Shown here in pieces: positions 16,455 through 26,268 of a DNA stretch of 64,000 nucleotides; position 1 is the stretch's first letter, and every line of letters starts with the position of its first letter. The notes under the pieces are model-generated. The model saw nothing but the letters and a program-made list of their open reading frames with translations, was not told where the DNA came from and made no database searches. The position numbers and the translations under genes are program-made. The stretch is from Planctomycetota bacterium (lineage in GTDB: Bacteria > Planctomycetota > B15-G4 > JADJEK01), in NCBI GenBank assembly GCA_044225365.1, contig JBGAIQ010000016.1, positions 1 to 64,000 of the forward strand, in the 5' to 3' direction.

Positions 16455-18989
16455 TCAACGCGACTCGAGGCGTTGGACTCTCTGACCTTCGAGGGCCTCG
16501 ACCAGGAGCGCGGAAGTGCGAGGATCGCGTCGAAGGTCGAATGCGCCCGTCGTCAGAGAACGCGAAGCCTCGAGCAGGAAGCGGTGCGTCGCGTCCCGGG
16601 AGTCTTCGTCGAGGAGACCCCGCAACGACGATGCGGGATTCGTGGCGACGAACGGCTCGATCCTGCGGCAAGCGCTCCGAATCGTGTCCAGCGCGGAACG
16701 TCCCACTTCATCGCTCCACCAGAACGCCCAGGGGGATCGTTCCTTCTGCGTGGAATGCAGGATCGAATTCGCGACGCCGCTCGCCCGGGCGAGCGCTGCG
16801 GCGGCGGCCGAGATCCGCCGCTCGAGGTGGCGCCGGAATAGACGCTGGAACTGCGGGACGACGGCCGACTCCGATCCCGCGCGGAACGCCTCGCGCAGCG
16901 CGGGGCGTTCGAGCAGCGAAACGAGCGCGTGATAGAGAGCCGCGCCGTTGAGGTCGGTCTTGAACCGAGGAAGATCGAATTCGCCGGCTCCATTGCCAGG
17001 ATTCGTTGCACGTCGCAGCGGGATCCCGAGCGCGTCGGGCCCCGGGAACGCCTCGTTCATGACGTCATCGACTTGGGGGATTCGAGCGAGTCGCCACTCG
17101 ATCGAGTGTGCAAATGCACCCGCGGCCGACCTCGATTCCGCCGAGAGAACAGGTAACGCCAAGAGTGCGGCAGCATCTCGGACCAGGAGATTGCGAGCGA
17201 ACGGAACGCTGTCGATCGCCAGGGAGTCGATTGGCCGGGAGATCGACTCGCCACGCGCCAATCCGTGCGCGATCCGACCGAGTCGGACGAACGCCTCGCG
17301 CACGGTCTCGCCTTCCGTCGCAGGTTCGATCCAGAATGGACGCTCGATCACATCGGTGTCGGTGAGCGATTCGTCGTCGAACCACGCGACTCGGCCCGCG
17401 CGGTTCAACGAGTTGTCGAGTCCGCGATCGGGGAGTGGCGCGTTCGGATCGAGACGTCCGAGCCAGTGGACGTTGTGGTAGAGGTCGACGAGCTGAGTGC
17501 GCAGCATCGCGAGGGGCGCGAGAACCGGCGCACCCGTCACGATGCCGCGAAGCAGGCCATTTCCCGGCGCGCGATGCACGGTTGCGAGGTAGTTCGAGAG
17601 CGGAAACTCGCGCTCGATCATGCCGCCCCGCGCCGCGACGAGTGCACCCCGATCGAGATCGGGATCGATCCACCATCCCAAGGCGCCCTTTCGTCGCTCC
17701 AGGAGGTGGGCGAGTCCGGCATGGACGAATGCTTCGGCGCTGGGGCAAGCGCCGGCGGCGAGTCCTGCGTTCGTCGCGATCTTCATCTGCCGATTCGCCG
17801 TGAGGCCGATGAACTCGACCCCGGTCGCGGTCAGCGCCTTTGACGCGGAAGCGAAAGCGTCGCCGTCGAGGGTGCTTCCGGCCTCGACCACGAAGGCGCA
17901 AAGGCGCGGGACTTCCGCGGCCACGCGCGCGACGAAACGAGTGAGACCCTCGAGCTGGCGGGCACTCGCGGCCGTCGCGAGCACGAGCGAAGGGACCTCG
18001 TCGCCGTGAACGGGACCCTGTCCGGTCACGATTCGATCCACGTCCTGCCGGAGCGGCCTGCGATCGAAGGCGGGCGGGGGCTCCATCCAGTGGAACAGCC
18101 GCTTCGCCCGTTTTCGCGACGAATGCTCCTGTTCCTCCGACATCCGCGTTCGCCATTTGCGATGGAAACCGGTGAGGCCCTCGCAGCGAGTCGGACTTCG
18201 CGGCGACGACATCCTGGGCCGCTCGTTCTCGGCGTGGTGATGGACCGTGGTGCGGCCGCTGCGGCGGTACTTGATGCCTGGAAGTTCCGAGAGTCGGATC
18301 AGGAGATCGCGATCGGTGACGCTCTTCTGGCCCTCATCGAACATTCCGGCCGCAAGAACGGAGGACAGCCGAACGAAGAGATTCGAGCCTTGAATGTGAT
18401 TGCTACTCACCAGGAAATCGACGGCGCGCAGTTGCGCGGGGACCGACCGCTTCTGACCCGGATCTCCGATCCACTCGTGGCGGAGGAGCGGAGCCGCCAC
18501 CATGTCGCACTCGTGTTTCAAGGCGCGGGCGAGGCAGCGCTCGATGTGATTCGGCTCGTAGCGATCGTCGTCGTCGAGCACAGCGAGGTAGACGCGCCTT
18601 GGATCGTCGACGAGATGCTGGAGATGATCGATTCCCGTGTTCCAGGCGCCGGATGCTCCCGGATGGCGCTCGTTGCGCAGCATCAGGAAGGTCGTCCGCG
18701 GAAGGTTCTTGCGGCGGACGAGTCGTCGAGTCGAGGGTCGCGAGAAATCCCTCGTGTCCTCGACCAGGATCACGAAATCGGGTGGCCGAGTCTGTGCTTC
18801 GATCGACGGCAGCGCCCGCGTCGACAACAGTTCACGACGGTCTCGCGTCGCGATGAGGACTGCGACGAGTGGCCTCGACTTCGGATTCTGGATCAGGTTG
18901 CGGAGGAGCTTCATCTCGTTCGGCGTTGGGCGGTGGATCCTAGCAACCCACTTGGCGAGCACCTGTCGATCGTCAGCATAACTTTCCAC
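16455..18989 (-). CDS. Large family-2 glycosyltransferase with a ~550-aa C-terminal extension
   Basis: VAVLIATRDR, GASGAWNTG, LAVLDDDD, GSNLFVR, GMFDEG...TDRDLLIRL. Start uncertain (GTG 18989 or ATG 18914). Confidence 0.85.
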   Translation of the reverse strand: MESYADDRQVLAKWVARIHRPTPNEMKLLRNLIQNPKSRPLVAVLIATRDRRELLSTRALPSIEAQTRPPDFVILVEDTRDFSRPSTRRLVRRKNLPRTTFLMLRNERHPGASGAWNTGIDHLQHLVDDPRRVYLAVLDDDDRYEPNHIERCLARALKHECDMVAAPLLRHEWIGDPGQKRSVPAQLRAVDFLVSSNHIQGSNLFVRLSSVLAAGMFDEGQKSVTDRDLLIRLSELPGIKYRRSGRTTVHHHAENERPRMSSPRSPTRCEGLTGFHRKWRTRMSEEQEHSSRKRAKRLFHWMEPPPAFDRRPLRQDVDRIVTGQGPVHGDEVPSLVLATAASARQLEGLTRFVARVAAEVPRLCAFVVEAGSTLDGDAFASASKALTATGVEFIGLTANRQMKIATNAGLAAGACPSAEAFVHAGLAHLLERRKGALGWWIDPDLDRGALVAARGGMIEREFPLSNYLATVHRAPGNGLLRGIVTGAPVLAPLAMLRTQLVDLYHNVHWLGRLDPNAPLPDRGLDNSLNRAGRVAWFDDESLTDTDVIERPFWIEPATEGETVREAFVRLGRIAHGLARGESISRPIDSLAIDSVPFARNLLVRDAAALLALPVLSAESRSAAGAFAHSIEWRLARIPQVDDVMNEAFPGPDALGIPLRRATNPGNGAGEFDLPRFKTDLNGAALYHALVSLLERPALREAFRAGSESAVVPQFQRLFRRHLERRISAAAAALARASGVANSILHSTQKERSPWAFWWSDEVGRSALDTIRSACRRIEPFVATNPASSLRGLLDEDSRDATHRFLLEASRSLTTGAFDLRRDPRTSALLVEALEGQRVQRLESR

Positions 18990-19120
18990 GAGAACGAGTC
19001 CGATTCGTCTCGAGGGAAAGGAGCCGCACTCGATCGCGAGCCGTTCGCGTGCCCTCGCCGCTGCGATCGTGCGCTAATTCTCGCTTCGAACCCATGCGTT
19101 CGGTATATGATCGAATCCCT

Positions 19121-19900
19121 ATGCCCTGGAACGAGAAATACGCCGGGTTCGAGAACGATCCCGACGTCACGAACGCGGAATCAATCGCCCTGAAGTCATC
19201 GCGCGACGCGGAACCGGCCGACCCTCGATTCGACGATTCGTCAGAATCGTCCGGCGCGCCGAGCCACGGCTCGGTGGCCGCCCATTCTTTCGATCTCGAG
19301 TATTCGCTCGAGGAACTCGAGGCCGAACTCGAAGCGCGGCGCACGGCCCACGCCGATCGGCTGCGATCGCGCCGGCGCAACGTCGTACAGGCGCTCGCAA
19401 GGATCGAGAAGGAGATCGAGAACGAGACCGAGCGCGAGGCGCTCGCCGAGACGTCGCGTCAGGCCGCGGAAGCGGCAAGGCGAGCGACGCCTCGAAATCT
19501 CACGCAGCGCATCGATCCCGTCGTCGAGGCCGCCCTTCTGCCGCGCGCCGGGATGCCGTCGACGAAACCATTCCCGACCGCGCAGGCGGAGGTCAAACCG
19601 CGACCGCCGGCGCTCCCGGATACCGAGACCGATGCCGAGTCCGAGCCGGCGAAGGCGACACGGCGCTCGCGGCCCCTCGCCCCGCTCATCCTGAAGGCAC
19701 TCGCGGCGAACCATCCCTCGCCGCTCACCGCGGCGCAGCTCGCCTTCGAACTGCGCGCGAGCGCGCAGGGAGAGAACCTCGAAGCGACGATCGCTCGAGT
19801 CCTCGGTCGCATGGTGCTCGCCGGCAACGTGACGGCGACCCAGGAGGGCGGCGGTCACTATCTGACTCCCCAGGGCATGAAACGAGCCGGCGCGGGCTGA
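19121..19900 (+). CDS. Putative DNA-binding protein: coiled coil, low-complexity linker, C-terminal winged helix
   Basis: YSLEELEAELEARR...LARIEKEI; C-terminal LILKAL...PLTAAQLAFEL...IARVLGRMV..GNV...GHYLT. Start uncertain. Confidence 0.6.
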   Translation: MPWNEKYAGFENDPDVTNAESIALKSSRDAEPADPRFDDSSESSGAPSHGSVAAHSFDLEYSLEELEAELEARRTAHADRLRSRRRNVVQALARIEKEIENETEREALAETSRQAAEAARRATPRNLTQRIDPVVEAALLPRAGMPSTKPFPTAQAEVKPRPPALPDTETDAESEPAKATRRSRPLAPLILKALAANHPSPLTAAQLAFELRASAQGENLEATIARVLGRMVLAGNVTATQEGGGHYLTPQGMKRAGAG

Positions 19901-19922
19901 TTCGCGATCACGAAGGTCCCAC

Positions 19923-20462
19923 ATGGTCTCCACCGTCGTCCCCGGCGTCCTCACGGACTCGTCGCGTCCTCCGCTCGAGTCGCTCACCGTCGCCGAACTC
20001 GAGCACTGGATCCGCTGCAAGCGGAAGGAACGGATCGACGAACTCTCGGCGCGCCGCGCCGCGATCCTCGACCAGATCCGCGCGATCGATGCGGAACTGG
20101 GTACGGCGGAAGTCCCGCCCAAGCGGCGAGGTCGACCCCCGAAGAGTTCGACACTTCGAGTCGTCGAGACGATGAGCGAATCGGTGGTCGAGCCGGCGCC
20201 CGTCGTGAAGAGGGGCCGCGGCCGACCGAAGGGCAGTGGGCCTACGATGCGATCGGGAATCCTCGAGGTGCTCGCCGCCGCGAATGGAACCGCGCTCGGG
20301 ATGGACGATCTCGTCGCGAAACTGAAGGATCGAACTGCGTCGGACAAGCCCGCGGTCATCATCTCGCAGGCGATCATCAAGCTGAAGAAGGACGGCCTCG
20401 TCGAATCCGCGGGCCGCGGTCTCTACGAACTCTCGAAGGAAGGTCGGGCCGCGAAGGGCTAG
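19923..20462 (+). CDS. Putative nucleoid-associated protein: H-NS-like coiled coil, two AT-hooks, winged helix
   Basis: LTVAELEHWI...IRAIDAEL; KRRGRPPK and KRGRGRPK; ILEVL...MDDLVAKL...LKKDGLVESAGRGLYEL. Confidence 0.7.
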   Translation: MVSTVVPGVLTDSSRPPLESLTVAELEHWIRCKRKERIDELSARRAAILDQIRAIDAELGTAEVPPKRRGRPPKSSTLRVVETMSESVVEPAPVVKRGRGRPKGSGPTMRSGILEVLAAANGTALGMDDLVAKLKDRTASDKPAVIISQAIIKLKKDGLVESAGRGLYELSKEGRAAKG

Positions 20463-20478
20463 GGCGCGCGACCGCGAC

Positions 20479-22173
20479 TCAATGCCAATGAACCACGTGG
20501 AGCGCGCCGGCAAACGTCGCTCCCACGGGCGATTCGTAGGGCGCGCCGATCACGAGTTCCGCAGCACCGTCGTGATCGAGATCGACGGCCTCGACGAAGA
20601 CGCCGAACTGCTGGCCCGCCTGCGGTGACGCCGCGGAGAACTCGTAGACCTCTTTCAGCGCGGGACCACGATAGACGAAGACTTCTCCCGCATCGACGAG
20701 ACCTGGTTGGTCGGCGAGGAACGCGCTCGCAACGACGTCGAGGTGACCATCGCCATCGACGTCGGCGACCTTCACATCCATGCCGTAGTGCTGGAAGTAC
20801 TCGGGCGTCGGGTCGTCGAGGATTCGCGGCTGGGACGGCGCGCCATCGACGTAGACCTCGATCTCTCCGACCTGCGAGACGTGATCGGGATTTCCGAGCG
20901 GAGAACCGTGTCCACCCGGCGTACCGAGCACGATGTCGAGCGCGGGCCCGCCCGTGATGTCACCGAAGGCGGCGCGGCAGGCGAACGCCGAGGCCGGGGT
21001 GGGCGCGGGATCGAAGTAGCCGGTCGGTGGCGCGGTGAGCGGACCGCGGAACAACCAAGCTTCTCCGGCGCCGAAGATCGAACCCTGCGGCGCCGCCGGT
21101 GCGCACGCGAGCAGATCGCAGAAGCCGTCGAGATTCTGGTCCGCGGCTGCGAGCACGGCGCCGAAGACCGCGCTCGGTTTGATCTGCGGAGCGTGGAGCG
21201 CGAGCGTGGATGCGAAGGCCCCGCCGCGATGCACGTAGACTTCCCCGGCGAGCGGAAGACCGCCGAGTTTGGTGCCGGGTGCGCCGACCGCCAGATCGAT
21301 CGCACCGTCGAGATCGAAATCGCCGAGCGCCACCCCCGTGCCGTAGCCCGTGCCGCTCGCGGTACTCGGATCCGTGAAAGCACCAAAGGGCTGCAGCGTC
21401 GCGCCGTCGATCAAGAACACTTCACCGCTGTCGTCCTGCACGACCGGTCCGGCATAGGGCGCTGCGACGACGAGATCGTCCTTGCCATCGCCCGTGAGAT
21501 CGGCGGCGAGGATCACGCTGCCGAAGTTCGCATTCGCTTGAGGAGTGGGATCCTTCACGATCGCGTAGGGGACGAGGCCCGATGGTGCCGCCCCCGATGG
21601 AGTCCCATGGAAGAGTCGAACTGCGCCGGCGCCGTTGTCGCCGAGGATCGCCGTCGACGCCACGTCCATCAGGCCGTCGCCGTCGAAATCACCCGCGACG
21701 ACTCCGGAACCGAGGCGTTCGTTCGGCACGTTGAGGGAAATGCTCGTGTCGGAAGCGTGCAGCGCGATCGAGACTTCGTTCGTGAGGCTCGGCGCGAAGG
21801 CCTGCAGATGGAGCGCGATGCCGAGCAGCAAGGGATCGTTCGGGATGCCGATGGGGACGTCGAGAGTTCCGCTTCCCGGGATCAGCGGCAACGGGATCAT
21901 GAACCACGGTGCCTGGAGATCGAGGGCGAGATCGCCGCCGAGCCCACCCGGAACGTGGAGGGGTGGATCGAGGAATCCCAGCGATACGAGGATCCCCGAG
22001 GGCTGCGCCGGGACGCCCTTCAGTTCGAAGGTCGCGACGGATCCGATCCCGGTGGAGCCGAACACCGAGAGCGTCGGGGGCTTGGAGAGAGCGGGTGCTG
22101 CGATCGCGAGCAGCAGTAACCCGGCGAACACGAGCGGACGATACGATCGAGGTAGGCGACGCGCGAGGGTCAT
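20479..22173 (-). CDS. Secreted FG-GAP (integrin-alpha-like) beta-propeller protein
   Basis: About seven FG-GAP repeats (e.g. GDFDGDGLMDV, ADLTGDGKDDLVVAAP, GDFDLDGAIDLAVGAP); signal peptide after ATG 22173. Confidence 0.88.
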   Translation of the reverse strand: MTLARRLPRSYRPLVFAGLLLLAIAAPALSKPPTLSVFGSTGIGSVATFELKGVPAQPSGILVSLGFLDPPLHVPGGLGGDLALDLQAPWFMIPLPLIPGSGTLDVPIGIPNDPLLLGIALHLQAFAPSLTNEVSIALHASDTSISLNVPNERLGSGVVAGDFDGDGLMDVASTAILGDNGAGAVRLFHGTPSGAAPSGLVPYAIVKDPTPQANANFGSVILAADLTGDGKDDLVVAAPYAGPVVQDDSGEVFLIDGATLQPFGAFTDPSTASGTGYGTGVALGDFDLDGAIDLAVGAPGTKLGGLPLAGEVYVHRGGAFASTLALHAPQIKPSAVFGAVLAAADQNLDGFCDLLACAPAAPQGSIFGAGEAWLFRGPLTAPPTGYFDPAPTPASAFACRAAFGDITGGPALDIVLGTPGGHGSPLGNPDHVSQVGEIEVYVDGAPSQPRILDDPTPEYFQHYGMDVKVADVDGDGHLDVVASAFLADQPGLVDAGEVFVYRGPALKEVYEFSAASPQAGQQFGVFVEAVDLDHDGAAELVIGAPYESPVGATFAGALHVVHWH

Positions 22174-22428
22174 GAGCCGGGTCCTTCTTCCGATGACTCG
22201 AATTCCGCGAAGCACTCGCGGGGCGAACCGAGGAACGCCGTTTCGCGCGCCTCGCAACGCCGAAAGTAATGGAACCGTATCCCGACGCACGGGATCGTAG
22301 CGACTCCGAACAGCGTCCGCGACGAGTCGGCGATCCATGACGCTTGATTCATCCCGGGTCGAATCCCTCCGGGTAGAGTCCTGCCCGACCCGTCTCTCGA
22401 CCACGCCCTTTCCTGAGGAAGCCCCACC

Positions 22429-24300
22429 TTGTGCGGAATCTCCGGAGTCTTTCTCCGTGATGCCGATGCGCTCCCCGACGAGTCGAAGCTCGCGGCGGCC
22501 GCTCGGATCCTGTGGCATCGTGGGCCCGACCACCAAGGACACTTCGTGCGGCCGGGAGTCGGTCTCGTTCACACGCGTCTCTCGCTCGTCGATCTCGATG
22601 CGCGGAGCGATCAGCCGTTCTTCGATCGGAGCGGCCGCTACGCGCTGATCTACAATGGCGAGATCTACAACTTCCGCGCGCTGCGTGCGGAGCTCGAAGC
22701 GGAAGGCGTCGTCTTTCGGACGACGAGCGACACCGAGGTCCTGCTCGAACTCCTGATCGCGAAGGGCAAGAACGTCGCCCTCTCCCGACTCGACGGAATG
22801 TTCGCCTTCGCGTTCTACGACACGCAGGAGCGCACGCTCCTCCTCGGTCGCGATGCGCTCGGGATCAAACCGCTCTTCCATTGCGAGCGGCCGGACGGTT
22901 TCTACTTCGCGTCGGAGTTCCAGGGATTCCTCCCGTTCTTCGACCTCGCGCCGAACGCGATCTCGATCTCCGCCTACGTTCAGGATCTCGGGGTTCCGAC
23001 TCGCGGGCTCACGATGTTCCAAGGTGTGCGCATCGTTCCGCCGGGCGCCACGATCGAACTACGGCACGGCTCAGAACCGCGGATTGAGACCTTCAAGAGT
23101 CTTTCCGAGTTCTGGGACGAGGAGAAGGCGCACGAACTCGCTTTGATGTCGAAGGCGGCTCTCGTCGATGAGTTCGATCGCCTCATGACGAACAGCGTGA
23201 AGGGGCAGTTGTTCGCCGACGCGCCGGTCGGTGCGTATTGCAGCGGCGGCGTCGATTCGTCGCTCGTCGTGGCGATCGGTTCGAGATTGCGCAAGGACCT
23301 CTGCATCTTCCACGCCGACGTCGTGGGCAGCTGTTCGGAGAAGGACGCTGCGGCCGCCGTCGCGCGCCACCTCTCCTTGGAACTGCGAGCCGTGGAAGTT
23401 CATCCGCAGGAGTTCATCGATTCGATCCCGAAAGTGATCCAGCACTACGGTTACCCGTTCTCCGGCCATCCGAACTCGGTCCCGTTCCTGAAGGTCTCGA
23501 ATCTCGTCCGAGAGAATCGCGTGAAGGGAGTGCTCTCGGGTGAGGGGTCCGACGAGTTGTTCCTCGGCTACCCGAAGTACTTCCCGCCGCTGTCGAAGTT
23601 CGTCCGCTCGTTGCCCACGCTCGCGATGAAGAAGCTGCGCAGTGCACGCGGCAGAGGCGACAAGATCCACGCCCGACGCCTCGCGGCGAGCTCGATGGTC
23701 CGCGCAATGCATCATCGCTTCGGCAACGAAGAGGAGATCGAGGCGATCGAACAGCTCGTGAAGGGTCGTCGCGAAGGCGCGATCGATCAGCGAAATCTCC
23801 TGTCGCTGAAGTCGCTGAGTCACCACCTGCGCACGCTGCTCCATCGCAACGATTGTTTGGGCATGGCGGCGAGCGTCGAATCGCGGTTCCCGTTCCTCGA
23901 CACCGAACTCGTTCGCTTCGCGGTCAACCTTCCGTACGCGATGAAGATCCGATTCCAGTCTCGCGTGAACGACCCGCGTCACCCGTTCTTCGTCGACAAG
24001 TGGATCGTGCGGATACTCGCGTCGCGTTATCTGCCGAAATCGCTGAGCGAACGGCCGAAGAAGGGATTCACCGTTCGAGCCCAGAAGAAGATGAAGATCG
24101 CGCCCGCTCTGTTTCGGAACGGTTTCGTGGCGAGAGTCTTCGAACTCACTCGAAGTCAGACCGATCTCCTCACCGATCGCGCCGCACAGGATCTCCTCGT
24201 GCGGCTGATGCAGCTCGAGGTGTGGTCGGACGTCTTCTTCGAGAAGGCCCCGATCGAGCGGACACAAGACCGGCTGAGGCGCCACCTGAGGGTCAAGTGA
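22429..24300 (+). CDS. asnB: Asparagine synthase (glutamine-hydrolysing) family amidotransferase, copy 1
   Basis: TTG start giving MCGI (Ntn Cys), HTRLSLVD, YNGEIYN, SGGVDSS, SGEGSDELFLGY, ESRFPFLD. Confidence 0.92.
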   Translation: MCGISGVFLRDADALPDESKLAAAARILWHRGPDHQGHFVRPGVGLVHTRLSLVDLDARSDQPFFDRSGRYALIYNGEIYNFRALRAELEAEGVVFRTTSDTEVLLELLIAKGKNVALSRLDGMFAFAFYDTQERTLLLGRDALGIKPLFHCERPDGFYFASEFQGFLPFFDLAPNAISISAYVQDLGVPTRGLTMFQGVRIVPPGATIELRHGSEPRIETFKSLSEFWDEEKAHELALMSKAALVDEFDRLMTNSVKGQLFADAPVGAYCSGGVDSSLVVAIGSRLRKDLCIFHADVVGSCSEKDAAAAVARHLSLELRAVEVHPQEFIDSIPKVIQHYGYPFSGHPNSVPFLKVSNLVRENRVKGVLSGEGSDELFLGYPKYFPPLSKFVRSLPTLAMKKLRSARGRGDKIHARRLAASSMVRAMHHRFGNEEEIEAIEQLVKGRREGAIDQRNLLSLKSLSHHLRTLLHRNDCLGMAASVESRFPFLDTELVRFAVNLPYAMKIRFQSRVNDPRHPFFVDKWIVRILASRYLPKSLSERPKKGFTVRAQKKMKIAPALFRNGFVARVFELTRSQTDLLTDRAAQDLLVRLMQLEVWSDVFFEKAPIERTQDRLRRHLRVK

Positions 24301-24402
24301 ACGGGCGAAATACTTGCCATTCCGACAAAGCATTCACTTCGGCGCGCGGAGCGAAAATGCACAGTCGTCGAGTCGAGGACGCCGCGGTAGAACCCAGTCA
24401 GC

Positions 24403-26268
24403 ATGCAGACCTTTCTCCTGTGGAGGCTTTCGCCCGATGCATCGGGTCGTGAGGACGAGGTCGCGCGCGTCAGCGCGCGCCTTCGGGGGTACTGCCGCGC
24501 GATGTTCGGCAAGGTCCTGAAGATCACGACGATCGTCCAGGGTGGTCATGCGCTGTCGTACGTCGAGATGCCGGTCGTCGGTTGGAAGCCGCCGCAGTTC
24601 GAGTCGAACGGGAAGCGTTGGGTGCTCGCGATCGACTACCCGGTGGATGCGGACCTGGCCTTCTCGAACGACGATGTCGATCGCGACAAATCCTATCTCT
24701 TGCGATTCGCCTCGGTCCTCGAGGCCCGGCCGGAGTCGACCCTCGCGCGAGTCTCGCCGCCCTTCACGTTGATCCATGGCGCCGTCGGCGGCAACGAGAT
24801 CGTCGTCCACAACGACAGCCTCGGATTCTGCCAGACGCTCGAATACGCGAACGGTGCGACCTGGGCGCTCACGAACCGACCCCTCGCGCTTCGCGCGCTC
24901 CAAGTCGAATTGCGCCCCGATGTCGTCGAATGGGCGGCGCGAGCGATGTCCGGCTGGTTCCCGCTCGAGCGGACGGGCTTCAAGGACCTGAGGAATCTGA
25001 CGCCTGCGACTCGCCTGCTCCTCACGGAGCGCGGAGCGACTCGCACCTCCTACGACTCGCTGCGACGGATGCTCGCACCCCTTCGCCTCGGTCTCGACGA
25101 GACGATCGAGATGGCCGCGGATTCGGTTCGCGATCAACTGATCGCGGCATCGCGCTTCTGGTCCAGCGCAAGCGCGGGTCTCTCGGCGGGTCGCGACTCT
25201 CGCGCGCTGATCGCAACGATGATCGGTTGTGGGATCCCGATCGATTTCATCCGGACGCACGGTGCACCGACGAATCAGGAGATGATCCTCGCGCAGGAAC
25301 TCGCCTCGCGCACGAACCTGAGGCACGTGCTGCAGACCGAGCGGGGTTTCCCGCCGCCCACGAGCGACGTGCTCGAACGGTGTCTGCGGACGGCGGCGCG
25401 CTGGCAACTCGGTTTGATGGAGACCAAGGCCCAGAAGATCTTCTGCATGAAGGACCCGCGGCTCGGTGCCGGCAAGGTCAATATCATGGGAAAGCACGGC
25501 GAGATCGGGCGCGGTTACTACTACCGGCGAGCTCGAAAGAGCCCTGGCGGGATCGCCGATTGGCGCGGATCGCTCACGCACTACCTGACCGTGACCGATC
25601 GCGACCTCCTTCTCCCCGAGCCGCGCGAAGCAGCGATCGAATTGATTCGAACGAGCGTCGTCCGCGCCGCGGACTTCGGGATGGACGGACACAGTGCGCT
25701 CGATTTCTTCTACCTGTACGAGCGGACGCGGAAGTGGGCGCCGGGGACGATCTACAACCAGCCGAGCAAAGTGGTCACGCCGTTCCTCAATCCACGCTAC
25801 ATCCAGGCCGTGTTCAGCTTGCCGCCAGCGACGAAGGAAGACAGCGTGATCCAGGACTTCATGGTCCGCAAACACTTCAAGGAGTGGACCACGATTCCCT
25901 ACCTCACGGATCGGGATGCCGCGAAGTGGTGCCGTCGGCGGCTCGGCCGCGCGCGACGCATCGTCGCCGACGTCGCCGACTTCGTTCGTTCTCTCGCGGA
26001 CCGCCAAACGATCGCGTATCGCTCGACGGTCGGCAAGCGCTACGCGTTCAGCAACGACGCCTATTGGCGAGTCGTAGGCAAAGGCCTCATCGATTCCGCT
26101 CTCGTGTCGAGCGAACTCGTGAATTCAGTCTTCGATCGCGAGAAACTCGCGAAGCGATGGCCAAGGGAGCCGGATCTGCTCGCCGTCGCGGCCACGGTCG
26201 AAGCCGTCGGCCGCGAAGCGATCGAATCGGTCGATCCCGTTGAATCAGGGGGGCCGGCGATTCAGTGA
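24403..26268 (+). CDS. AsnB-related protein lacking the glutaminase Cys
   Basis: PP-loop-like LSAGRDSR, GKHGEIGRGYY, TPFLN; no N-terminal Cys. Confidence 0.7.
   Translation: MQTFLLWRLSPDASGREDEVARVSARLRGYCRAMFGKVLKITTIVQGGHALSYVEMPVVGWKPPQFESNGKRWVLAIDYPVDADLAFSNDDVDRDKSYLLRFASVLEARPESTLARVSPPFTLIHGAVGGNEIVVHNDSLGFCQTLEYANGATWALTNRPLALRALQVELRPDVVEWAARAMSGWFPLERTGFKDLRNLTPATRLLLTERGATRTSYDSLRRMLAPLRLGLDETIEMAADSVRDQLIAASRFWSSASAGLSAGRDSRALIATMIGCGIPIDFIRTHGAPTNQEMILAQELASRTNLRHVLQTERGFPPPTSDVLERCLRTAARWQLGLMETKAQKIFCMKDPRLGAGKVNIMGKHGEIGRGYYYRRARKSPGGIADWRGSLTHYLTVTDRDLLLPEPREAAIELIRTSVVRAADFGMDGHSALDFFYLYERTRKWAPGTIYNQPSKVVTPFLNPRYIQAVFSLPPATKEDSVIQDFMVRKHFKEWTTIPYLTDRDAAKWCRRRLGRARRIVADVADFVRSLADRQTIAYRSTVGKRYAFSNDAYWRVVGKGLIDSALVSSELVNSVFDREKLAKRWPREPDLLAVAATVEAVGREAIESVDPVESGGPAIQ

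Noticed and set aside
24301-24402. tRNA or ncRNA between asnB and the AsnB-like gene
   Set aside because: Only a weak hairpin; no cloverleaf or T-loop consensus. No tRNA or rRNA was recognised anywhere in the window.
24403-26268. Lasso peptide cyclase / RiPP cluster
   Set aside because: No B1/B2 (RRE or transglutaminase-like) genes and no precursor-like ORF were seen nearby; the context is glycan-related.
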